Shown here: positions 14,066 to 25,100 of the stretch, piece by piece
Layout of the letters: the number at the start of each line of letters is the position of its first letter
Position numbering within the stretch: the stretch's first letter is position 1
Assembly: GCA_013239625.1 (NCBI GenBank)
Contig: MU054187.1
Coordinates: 9,071,231-9,135,230, forward strand
Length of the DNA stretch: 64,000 nucleotides
From: Lama guanicoe
Taxonomy: Eukaryota
Direction of reading: 5' to 3'
Position numbers and translations under genes: made by a program
The notes under the pieces: model-generated
The model's input: the letters and a program-made list of their open reading frames with translations, nothing else
Told to the model about the DNA's origin: nothing
Database searches by the model: none

Positions 14066-14429
14066 ATTTACTGTAATTAATGAATAATAATTAACAAATA
14101 AGTTGATAAATAAATGAGTAACAGAACTGATAAAAAGACGAACTAATACACAACACTGTAAATCAGCTATATAGATCACAACAACAACAAGACAAAAAAA
14201 TCCAGAAGATAAAATTAACCAAATCTCTTATTAGAATATAACCTCTGTGGGGGCAGGGACTTCATACAATGCTGCATCCCCAGATCTAGAATAAATCCCA
14301 ACATTCAGAATAGTGCCTAGCACAAAGAAAGGGATTATTAGTTGAATAAGCAGGCAAGCAAGTTCTTAAAAAATAAAAAAGAGAACTAGTGCCTTGAGCT
14401 ATGTTAATAAAGTAGACTGACACTACAAA

Positions 14430-15075
14430 GAAATAGATAAATAGTCTATAAAGAATTTAGAATCAAATCCAAGAATATACAGTAATTTTGTATACGATAA
14501 ATACAGGATTTTAAATCTGTGGGGATTTATTTTTATTTAACTAAATATGTTATGTTAAGTGGTTGCTATCTGGAAAAACGTAGAGCTGTATTATTATCGT
14601 CCTACTTCAAAATAAATCACACATGGAACAAAAATTTTACTGTAAAAAATTAAAGCATGAAAACATTAGAAAGCATGACTGTATTAAAAAATTTTTATAG
14701 GAAAGGCCTTTCTAAACTGTTCTAAAAAATTCAGAAGTCAAGAAAAACAAGTCAATTTGGCCACAAAAAAGTTAAATTATGTATGGCAAAATATATCATA
14801 AATATAGACAAACGTCAAACCAAGAAAATGAGTTTAACAGATATGAGGAAGAGCTCATTTTTCCCTACTACAGCTAAAAATGAATGAAAAAAAAAAGAAG
14901 CGCTTCACAAAACAATTAGAAAATGATGAACAACGGTGTAGAAAAACAGGTAGGACATAAACACTATTCACAGGAAAAGAAATCAAACTAATAAATACAA
15001 AAAATACGCTAGAGTTCATTAACAAAAGAAATACATATTAAAACAAGTGGCACTTTTACATATCAGATTGATGAT
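14430..15075 (+). mobile_element. Old L1ME-like ORF2 remnant
   Basis: A-rich degraded L1 motifs (GGAAAGGCCTTTCTAA, TATCAGATTG). Confidence 0.5.
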
Positions 15076-15299
15076 CTTGTTTCCTCACAAAACTCTGGCA
15101 TGAGATTTATAACTCCTCAACATACACCTAGAAATCTCAAGGAAAAAGTCATGTTTTGTACTATTATTATAAAGAAAATTTACTGTGTTTAAAGCCCTCA
15201 TTTAGATTTAGTATGCAGAACTCCTCAAATCATTATTATCTCCATAATGCTTATCATGTAAGAAAAACATCAAACTCCTATACAATTTCATGTATCCTT

Positions 15300-15954
15300 T
15301 TTTTTAAAACATGTATTTGTTTTCATATTCTTTTCCACCATAGGTTACTATAAGATACTGAATACAGTTCCCTGTGCTATACAGTATGAATTTGTTGTTT
15401 ATCTATTTTATATATATTAGTATCTGTAAATTTTGAATTCCCAATTTATCCCTTCCCATCCCCTTCCCCTCAGTAACTGTAAGTTTGTTTTCCATGTCTG
15501 TGAGTCTGTTTCTGTTTTGTAAATAAGTCTGTTTCTCTTTTCTTAGATTCCACATATAAGTGGTACCATACGGTATTTCTCTTTCTCTTTCTGGCTTACT
15601 TCACTTAGAATGACAATCTCCAGGTCCATCCATGCTGCTGCAAATGGCATGATTTTATTATTCTTTATGGCTGAGTAGTATTTCATTATATAAATATACC
15701 ACAACTTCTTTATCCCGTCATCTGTTGATGGACATTTAGGTTGTTTCCATGTCTTGGCTCTTGTAAACAGTGCTGCTATGAACTTTGGGGTACAGATATA
15801 TTTTTAAAATGAGGTTCCTTCTGGATATGTGCCCAGGACAGGGACTGCTGGATCATATGGTAAGTCTATTTCAGTCTTTTGAGGAATCTCCATACTGTTT
15901 TCCATAACGGCTGCACCAAACTACATTCCCACCAACAGTGTAGGAGGGTTCCGG
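15300..15954 (-). mobile_element. Lineage-specific 5'-truncated L1 with perfect 15-bp TSD
   Basis: TSD ATTTCATGTATCCTT at 15285-15299 and 15955-15969; antisense ORF2 end/3' UTR (TCTGTTGATGGACATTTAGGTTGTTTCCATGTCTTGGCT). Confidence 0.92.
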
Positions 15955-17371
15955 ATTTCATGTATCCTTAAACAAACAAAGAAAAAGCCCCAACAGATTA
16001 TGAAATATAAAAGGAACACAAGTTTCAAGCAAAAATAAAATCCTAAATTTCAACACTGGTTGCCTCCAAGGAGGCTGAGGAACACAGGGGCAGGAGGAGG
16101 ACTTTTCAATGAGTATCTTTGGAATTTTATAGCATGTGTAGTTATTATACATTCACAAAATATATCAACTAAACTTAAAAAGCAGAGCAAGAATCTACTA
16201 CAAAGAAATCTGCAAAGAAATGGATGATCTCAAATCCCAAGGGACTAAAGTATACAGAATATACTCCTGGCAGCATCATGCTTAATAAAGTTAAAGTGTC
16301 TTCCACCAACAGAATTCCCTAAGCCTCCTGTAGTGTTTCATGGTAAACTACTTATTCTGCAGCAAACAGCCACTGTAATCACTTGGTATTAAAAGGCACC
16401 ACTCACACCTGCTGTCCCATCCCCACCCCCAAGATATCTAGATTACAAGCCTTCCCTTAAAATACCGTATTAGAGGAAAACCTGGTAGCCTGGAGAGCAC
16501 ATATGTGGAAATAAATATTTCTATCAGCCAAATCATATTCATGAGATCATAGATATGATTATGTAATGGCTTATCATGGTCAATACCTGTCAACCAATCA
16601 CAATCTGGGTAAACAGCTTGTTGAAATAAATTTTAGCCTGTTGTCCTAATAGTCCTCTTTAGGAGAGGGGATGTCTTCTTTTCAATGTAGGAGGGGTTAT
16701 TTACCAAAACAGCCACTAATCAGAAAGGTACACTCTCATTTATCACCTTAAGGATTAAGAAAGATTGACTAATATCAGTTCTTTGTTAAATAAAACAGTA
16801 CAAATCAAAAACTGGGTAATGAACATAATCTAGATTATAACCATTACATACTGAATTTATTTTAAGGTAATCACCGTAAATTTATCTGCAGAGGCACAAA
16901 CTTAGATATTAAAATAATAGGGTCTGTATTTAGTTAATCATAATAAAAACTTGGCAAAAGGGCAGTATTTAATTTTAAACATGTATTAACAAATTATTTA
17001 GGGTTGTGCAAAAATATTCAAGTTATTCTATTCATTACTAATTTAAGTAAGTCTGGTCCACAAATATTTAGCTTAAATGCTATCATTTAGACAAAATTTA
17101 ACTCTAATGGAATAAATCCAAATGAAACAAAAAAAATTTTTTTAACAATGGACTTTGAAAAATATATATCCAAACCCATCAACAAATGCATCCTGAGTGG
17201 TAATTCACTCATTTACGGCCTCACAGATCAAGACTAAAATGAACATGACTGAACTGTCTCACTGAGCTGTCTAGGTTGAATAATCTGAAGTAACTCATTT
17301 CAGAAAAATACACTATAAATTATGAATTATAACAATAAAAATTTTGTTTCCATGTTAGAATGAAAATGATA

Positions 17372-17570
17372 TTTTTATTTTTTAATTGATGTATAGTTAA
17401 TTTACAATTTTGTGCTAGTTTCAGGTGTACAGCAAAGTGATTTGGTTATACATATATATGTATATATCTATATCTTCCATTATAATTTATTATATAAGAT
17501 ATTGAATATATAGTTCTCTATGTCACACAGTAAATCCTTGTTGTTTATCTATTTTATATATGGTAGTGTG
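17372..17570 (-). mobile_element. Short L1 3'-terminal fragment (artiodactyl-type 3' UTR)
   Basis: TTTAATTGATGTATAGTTAATTTACAA...TTTCAGGTGTACAGCAAAGTGATT. Confidence 0.85.
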
Positions 17571-18229
17571 CACCATATTTTGAAAAATAATTATATGTGC
17601 CTTTACACACCAAGGCTGTAGCACAGACTTAACATATATTTTTTAAATGTTATCGTTTTAAAAGCTATATACCAGCAAAATTCTATTTTTAATAAAGACA
17701 ACAGGGCAAAATTACTTACAATCCCTTGTCACGCTGTCAGTCATAAAACACTCTGAGCTATCATCCCCACTCCGCCCTCACCTTTCCAGTGAATGGAAAT
17801 AACTGAGAAGCTCCTACTCGTGACTCTTCTAATTTAGCCATCCTGGGAACAGCTTGTAAAGCAAACTAGCATAGGTCAAAACACGGGCGAGGCTGAGCTA
17901 ATCAAAAACTGACAGCGCAGCATAAACAAGTTAAACTGTAAGGTTCCAAAGGGTCCACTGCCACGCGGACAGGAGATCCAAGTGCCACCGTGAGACCCTC
18001 ACCTCAAATCAGGGCAACTCACTCTTCCACAAAAAGTCTGACTTACAAGGTAAATGATAAAAGGCATAAAAATTGTTCTCAATATTAGTTAATACATAAC
18101 TTTCAAAGACACATTTTAAAACTGAGCAAAGATATTTTAAGTGCTATTGTTTTCATTTTGTTCAAGTTTCCACGAAAATGATCTCCTGTGCAAAAGCGTG
18201 TGTATTTCCCTACATGGTGAAGTAACCAC

Positions 18230-18400
18230 ATAGCAACAACTTGCTGAGGTCCTACTCCGTGCCAAAAAATCTTCCAGGCACTGTCATACAAAATCTCATT
18301 TAATCCGCACAAAACCTCTATGAGGTAGATTTTATTGGCCCTGTTTTGCAGACTAGTAAACTGATGGTCACAGGCCTTAAACACAGTAGCGCTAAATAGA
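18230..18400 (-). mobile_element. MIR SINE
   Basis: ATCTCATTTAATCCGCACAAAACCTCTATGAGGTAG...TTTTGCAGA. Confidence 0.75.
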
Positions 18401-19761
18401 TTTTTGGGTAACACTACCAAAAAATAGTAACATACTACAAAAGATGAAGCCCACAATTCTGAAAGCAGTTTTCCAGTTAAATGAACTTTTGGCTGGAAAA
18501 CGCACATTTCAGAGCCTACCCAAGTACTGCCTCACCCTTATGTATCAAACAACATACTTTTTAAAAAAATCACAAGTTTAAAATATCAGCACTCTTTTTG
18601 TTTAAAATTGCATTTAAAATTTTTGGTGGTGATAAAAAAAAAGTCTGTAAAAACATCCACAATTCAACTAATGCATTATTAATATTAACTTGACCTTCAT
18701 TCAATAACTTGGAAAAGCTAATCCTTTAAAAACAATGAGTAAATAGGTGCTAGTACAACAAAATTAACTCTTAACTTATAAAACACAGGATTTTTTGAAA
18801 TTTGAGTACATTGTTTTTCTTTAAGAGATTTCTTCAATCATATTCACTAGGGAAGCAGGACTGCGTCAAGTAAGAGACAATCATGCTTAAAACAATATGG
18901 TTAAATCAGAAAAATTACATTATCGGGGATTAAAAACCTCATTTGAAAAGGAAATTAACTTTACAGGAGCTTTTGTGTTGCTTAGCAAATAGTGATGCTC
19001 TTATCCATTTTATGTTAACACTGATACTTCTCAATGTCTTAATACAGGAAGAAAAAAGCTGCACAGTGGATGGAAGATACAATCATTTTTACACAAGTAC
19101 AGAAAAAAAATAAGTTCAAGTAGTATAATCTTAAGTATTTCCTACTTTAGACTCTCATCCAGATGGCAAACGGCAAGCATTCTATCAAGCATTTCTTAAG
19201 TCCAATATTTGGAATCCAAATTAAAAAACAAGACATATAATAATCTTACTTTCTTATTCAATATAAGTTATGAAAACATTTCAGTTGCAGCAAGACCTTA
19301 AGAACATGACAGAGGGTGGTATTTAGTTTTTAAATTATTTATAATTGTGTAGAAATCCTCAATAATTATACTTTGATAAGCAACAGTAAATTCTATACCT
19401 CCAGAAGAGAATGTTTAAAATCTGTACACCAACAGTCTACATTAATAATTTTACAATCTTGAAAGTTGAACTTCTTTAATCATAAAATCTTCTTTAAAGG
19501 AATGCTACTGAGGAAAGCTACTATGACACCAAGGAATGACACCATAAGAAGCCCTTAAAGAGGAATAAGGCGAGAGAAGAAATAAAAACTACACGCAGTA
19601 TTCTCTTAAGCTTTTCAACTGACAGGTAAAACACATAGCTCTTTTAATCAAGGAAATAAAAATTGAAGCAAAAGGAGAAGAAACTCAACTAGCAACTTCA
19701 CTCCTACCAAATATACAAACTAAAGATTAACGTCACGATCCTAAAAATAAAGATGGCCTAC

Positions 19762-19821
19762 CTTTGAGGCAATCCACTTGATGAGAACCAAGGCCAGACA
19801 CCAGATCAATGTAATTCCCAT
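19762..19821 (-). CDS. PDE7A: PDE7A isoform 2 (PDE7A2)-specific first coding exon, hydrophobic N-terminus MGITLIWCLALVLIKWIASK
   Basis: Hand translation of minus strand from ATG at 19821 gives 20 codons, then donor AAG|GTAGGC (GT at 19761-19760). It matches the PDE7A2 N-terminus as I recall it (human ...KWITSK) and splices in phase 0 to the exon at 12211. Confidence 0.95.
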
Positions 19822-19825
19822 TGGA

Positions 19826-19846
19826 TTAATGGAAAGCCCGCTGCAT
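19826..19846 (-). other. Short upstream ORF (MQRAFH*) in the putative PDE7A2 5' UTR
   Basis: ATG CAG CGG GCT TTC CAT TAA, then TCCA, then the PDE7A2 ATG. It is out of frame with the main ORF. Confidence 0.6.
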
Positions 19847-20619
19847 AATCTCCCTCCCCTCTAGCGAGCAACGAGCAAGGAAGATTTGTTAGGAGTCTGA
19901 CAATAACCAGCTGTCCCGAGGCAGAGGAGAGGGGACACTGCCTGCCTGGAACCTCACACAGCTGCCTTCAAACAAGGATCACCTGACTCTTGTGGGAAGG
20001 CGCTGCCAGCCAGCCTTCCACCCCGGCCCGTGTTCAGTGCCACAGCCCAGGGCTGGGGCAGGAGAGGGGCAGGACCTTTGGGAGAGTAGAGGAAAAATCT
20101 CAGCGAGTGCTGACCTAACAGTCTCACCAAATGGAGACGAACGAGGTCTCAGGCCAGCCCCAAGCACATCCACAACCTTAAGACTAGAGACTTTCAAGAA
20201 ATGTTTGGCAGTACTAAAAATTTCCTCGTTTCTTCCACGCAGACCAGCTTCACAGGTGGAACACCCTGGCATTTAAAAATATGAATGCGTTTTATTCCAT
20301 CTTTTCAATGTTTAATACTGAATTTGTTCAACTTTTTATTTCCTTTAGAGTAGAATTGCTTTATGAATGCTAGAGGCTTTCCAGACATTGTGCTGTTTAA
20401 CATTATAATTCACTAACTTCGGAGTTATTGACAAAGGCCTGTCCAACCATGCATTTTCAAGCCCTGATTTGCAACTCGACTTAAATGTTTCTGTTCCATG
20501 TCTAGTTCTTCTCTTGGCTGTGAGCGAGCTCTGTGATAGCCAAGTGGGCCCATACTCATCCATCTTCACCATCTCTCACAGCAGCCGGCAGAGGCACAGC
20601 CCTTCAGGAAACTTTCGTG

Positions 20620-21130
20620 CAAGCATTCAGCAAATACTCATTAAAGTGGAACTATGTACCAGGCCCTGTGCTAGATGCCAGGAGCGTAACCTTATAAAAC
20701 TAGAAACGGCTCCTGCCCTCCAAAGCTTAGTTTAGTCAGAGTCTACATTAATCAAAGTCTGCAAGTAAATACAAAACTGCAACTGTAACAAGTAAAATGG
20801 ATCTGAGACAGGAACCGCCAACAAAGCCTGGTTCTGAGCTGGTGAAAAAGCAAGGGGCTTCTTCCCAGGGCCCTGAAATGTCCCTGAGCTGAAATGAAAG
20901 AGCAGGAACATGAGGATCGGAAGAATGATCTGCATGTCACGACAAAGCATGATGGCCGGGGCGCAGACAAACCAAGCGCGGTGAGAAGATACAGGAAGAG
21001 CAGAGGAGGCGGAGTGCAGGAGGGCAGCTGGGAGGCCACTGCGGAGATCCAGGAGAGAGAGGATGGCAGGGGAGGCTGGGGGGTGGGGAGGAAGAGAGGG
21101 CCAGCTGGGAAACACTCAAGAGGAGACAGG
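20620..21130 (-). mobile_element. L2 LINE fragment
   Basis: CATTCAGCAAATACTCATTAAAG...CTATGTACCAGGCCCTGTGCTAGATGCCAGG; GGGAGGCCACTGCGGAGATCCAGG. Confidence 0.7.
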
Positions 21131-21989
21131 ACTGCGTCATAGAGAGACAAAGTCACCTGCCTCATGACGGTACCCACATGACAGTTTTAAAATACGTGAA
21201 AACAGCCCCAACAGTTCAAATACCAATGCTGTTTTCATTATCCAGTCTCAATACAAAGAGTTTACTTAAAAGAATAGTTAATTCTAGACCTGTCAAAATG
21301 AGGCATAAATTCAATTTTCAGGTCCAAATCAAAATTTCTCTAAATTCAAACTATACATTAAACACATGGCTGTTCATTTCCCACTAGACCTCACATGGCA
21401 TCTCTACTTCCTACTGAACTAACAAGCTGTAATGCCAAGCCCTGCGCAAACGGAGATAACTTTTTTAGTTTGTCATGAAACTAGGTGTGACATGAGGTTG
21501 AGGTTGTCAGGGTTTTGGATTACTCTCTGGGTTCCAGCAAACTCCCAAGGATTCCCAGGAACAGGACAGAGCAGCGAGTGTACATCAGCTCCATCCTCCA
21601 GAGAACTGCTGGTGGTCATCATTCATTATCTGTCATGCTAGCCTGGGTTACACACTCCAAATTAGCCCACACCTTGATGCTCAGCCCAGAAATACTTCTC
21701 ATCCTCACAGTCTCCTGCCAATCAGTTGCTCAAAAAGTCAAGTTCTGACATGCAAATACGATACTGCTATTTTTGGTACAACAGTTAAATATTTTTAGAT
21801 GTCTTTTTGGTTAATGGTAAGGTCAAGAATCTGTACTTGCTTTTCTTCTAAACGAGAAGGACTGGACAAGGGAAGAGGGAAAGAATCAGAAGTGAGACAC
21901 AGAAGGGAAAAAAGTAGGAAAGTCAGTACCCGAAGTTCACTCACTTAAAATGAGCTTCTGTCGAGATTATTTCTATCATCACAAAACTC

Positions 21990-22165
21990 TACTGGGTTTG
22001 GAATCAAGAGCCTGGTGTTTATGTTCCAGCTGAACTGCCAAGAGCTGAGTGACCCTGGGTAAGTCACCACCTGTGTGGGCCTTCCTTTCCTCCCTTCACA
22101 GGCATTAAATAACATCTGTAAACGAACACCTGGCTCATAGCAGGCTTGCAATAAATTTTAGCCAA
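21990..22165 (+). mobile_element. MIR SINE
   Basis: GGAATCAAGAGCCTGG...GCTGAGTGACCCTGGGTAAGTCAC. Confidence 0.7.
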
Positions 22166-25100
22166 ATCCAAACGAAATAATTAAGACCAAAGAATGATAA
22201 ATGACCTAACCAATCCAGTTTCACTCCAGCTCTGGGCTTAACTGAAATCACATGGCCCATGAGGGACCTTGTGCTGTGTTTGCCCAGTGCCCTGAGAACC
22301 TTTTCTGATCCCTGGGAGGCGAAGGTCTTGGCTTTCTCTTTTCATACCAGTGAACAGGTTGGCTCCCTAATATGGGATCCCCCAGCGTCCTCTTAAATTT
22401 CTACTATATGTCTGACACAAATACAGCGGTAATCAAGACACAGTCCTCCCAGATCACAAAATGTCCTATTTGAATAGTAATAGCTGGTGAGTTTATACCT
22501 AAAAGCATAGTTTCTTTATTGCTGATGACACATTTACATCACTCAAATCTGACAAAAATCTCAGGCAATGCAGTTTTTCCTTAAAACACTACATTTACCT
22601 TTCTTAATGGTGTGAACATAATGGCTTTAAAATGTTTTCTTATTTTGAGATACAAAATATTTACCACTAACTTATCTGGATAAATTACAAGGCTTCTCTT
22701 AATAAATGAATCTCAATAAGATGAAACAGAAACAAAAGCTTGTCAAATTATATTAATACTTCTTTAAAATATTATGTTTATTTCTTAGAAAATATCCTAA
22801 AATTTAATCTTTCCAAATCAAATTACACAATTTTTTATCCCGTAAAGAAATAAATGCCTCTTTCACACTAACAATAAATGCATTCTTTCATGACATTTAC
22901 TTTCTCACCTGTCTCAAAGCCTTAGTGAAACATGGCAGGGGAATCAAAAAAAAAAAATCACTTGACTATACTAGAAAAATTAATGCACAGGATCCAGTTA
23001 AACTTTTGATAACAGAATTTGATACTATAAGAAAAAAAGTACAAAACTCTACCTTTCTAGGACTTGTAAGACTAGTATCTGAAAAGTCAGGACATTAAAA
23101 GCAGATCTCACTATTTTAGGAGCATAATCAATAGAAAGAAAAGGTACAGCTTTGATCACTGTGTCTTAGAGAAGTAATCCGAGTAATCCCTGGACTCTCG
23201 GCCACTCACAGGACACCTGTCAATCTTGGCAATAGCCTTTAGCTATCCATACAGAGACTCAGCATGTCCTTCTCTTGACCAAATTAGGCTAACCTTCATC
23301 TGCATTGACATCAGCGTCTATAATTTTGGAATCTTGTTGACAGAAATAGCCTATCCCAGAGTTCTTTATATAAATGTAGTGTTCATTGGAAACCATAACC
23401 AAATTTATAATAGAAAAATGTGAATACTGTAGTCGAAACACTCTAGTTGTGCTTTTATCATTTTGAATTCCAGTTAATTTTAATAACAAGTAATAAATGA
23501 GCACAGGTTTTTATTTCTTTTACTAAAAACTACATGTCAGGGCTTATTATTTTTCAAATGTATGAATTTCAAGAGCTATGAAACTGATAAAAAAATTGAG
23601 TTTTGATAACCAACAAAAATTATTTTAAAACTATGGTAACATGGGAGTTTCACCAGTTCATTAAGGCCTTTGTGTCACACTGATTTAGACTTCTAAAATA
23701 AGTTTTCTGTTTTATAGTATCTCAGTATTTGGTCCTAGTATGAAGGAAGTAATAAAAACACCTTGGTATTTTATGCATATCCACATCTTTTCGTCCAGAA
23801 AACTACATCTTATGATATTAAAAGAACTTACATTTTTAAAAAATATGGAAAAGTAAAAATGGTCACAATTTCCAGAAGGTAAACAAACAAACAAACAAAA
23901 AGTACTGGTATAGATTCCACTGGTGTAGAGTTTAGCTTAGGCTGCTAGTATATAAGAGCAGGAGGATGTCACAGACACGGGACACCTGAATTTCAGCAAG
24001 GCTGCACACACAGAGCAGTGTGAGCCCCTACCACAGGTAGGTTGACTCCTGGCTGACTATACAAACAAAAGCAGAGATTAAGTACTTGATATCCAACTAG
24101 CGGAAGAATTCTAGAGGTAGCTAATAGAACTCTATACTAGACTTTGCCTAGTGTTCTGCAGTTTATTTATTGGGGTGCAGATCAGACTAATGCATATCAA
24201 ATCTGTATATAAAACACAAAGTGTAAACCACCATGCTTAACTACAAAATAACTTAATAAAGTATGAATTTTTATATAAAATAAACGGTATGCATACAGAA
24301 CAATGGAAGTGGTGTTTAAATCAGTTTCCTTAGAAAAAAAAAAAGCCAAAATGTTTAAGGTAATAAGAGACAAATAAGGCAATCTTAGGAAGCACTGAGA
24401 GTCAGATAAACATCCAAATCAAGGATGCTCCAATATTCTCAATACAGGCCACATTTATAAGACTGAGTTCAACTCTGAATATTACACTGAGCGATGCATA
24501 CATACATCATATTTTTAATGCAAATAAGGATAATATATAAGGAATAGCTTTATGAACTGAGATGCTTTAGGCAAAGAAATAAAAACAGGGTGTTAAACTG
24601 CTCTAAGATAAAATAAGCTAAGGAGTTTAGCTTTATTCTGTGTAATTACAGGTGGAAGTAGAACCAATGGGCAGAAATTTGTGGGAAATAGAATCTGACT
24701 CAATATTACTTACTAAGAACTTTCTACAACTTCTAAGAACTGTCTACAATTAGAACCGTGGAAATTGAAAGAAGCCGCCTCAGACTAGCCTCTGTCAAGT
24801 AGGTTGTAGGGCAGGCTAGAACAAAGGACCTTTGAGGTCTTCCGCCAATTTTAGGATTTCACGTTACTGCAACTGACTCAATTTAAATATCAAAGAAGTC
24901 TTTCTAAGAAAGCTACTGTTATTAAAGGCTCTTCAATTGGAAATGCATCCCCCAACACACCCCACAGATCTAGCCATACTGACTTCCTCGAGGCCACTAG
25001 AACAACAAAGTGGTTACTGATACTTACCTCAAGATGCTTTCTGAATGAGAACTACTTGTAGGCAAGGAAGAAAAAACTTCACTCCTAAAAATATGAGCAG

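Larger units (their letters stand above)
19499..20260. promoter_or_regulatory. Candidate muscle-type regulatory region / alternative promoter around the PDE7A2 exon
   Basis: MCAT GGAATG at 19499 and 19533, half-CRE CGTCA 19731, MEF2 CTAAAAATAA 19741-19750, E-boxes CAGCTG 19908 and 19959, CACCTG 19980, CAGGTG 20253. No recognisable repeat here and locally higher GC. Confidence 0.5.

Noticed and set aside
20732..21177. Overlapping GC-rich ORFs of 127-141 aa
   Set aside because: Fall in a purine-skewed L2 fragment; no recognisable protein or splice structure.
24713..24752. 20-bp tandem duplication CTAAGAACT(T/G)TCTACAA
   Set aside because: Common slippage-type duplication in degraded repeat-like sequence; no functional indication.
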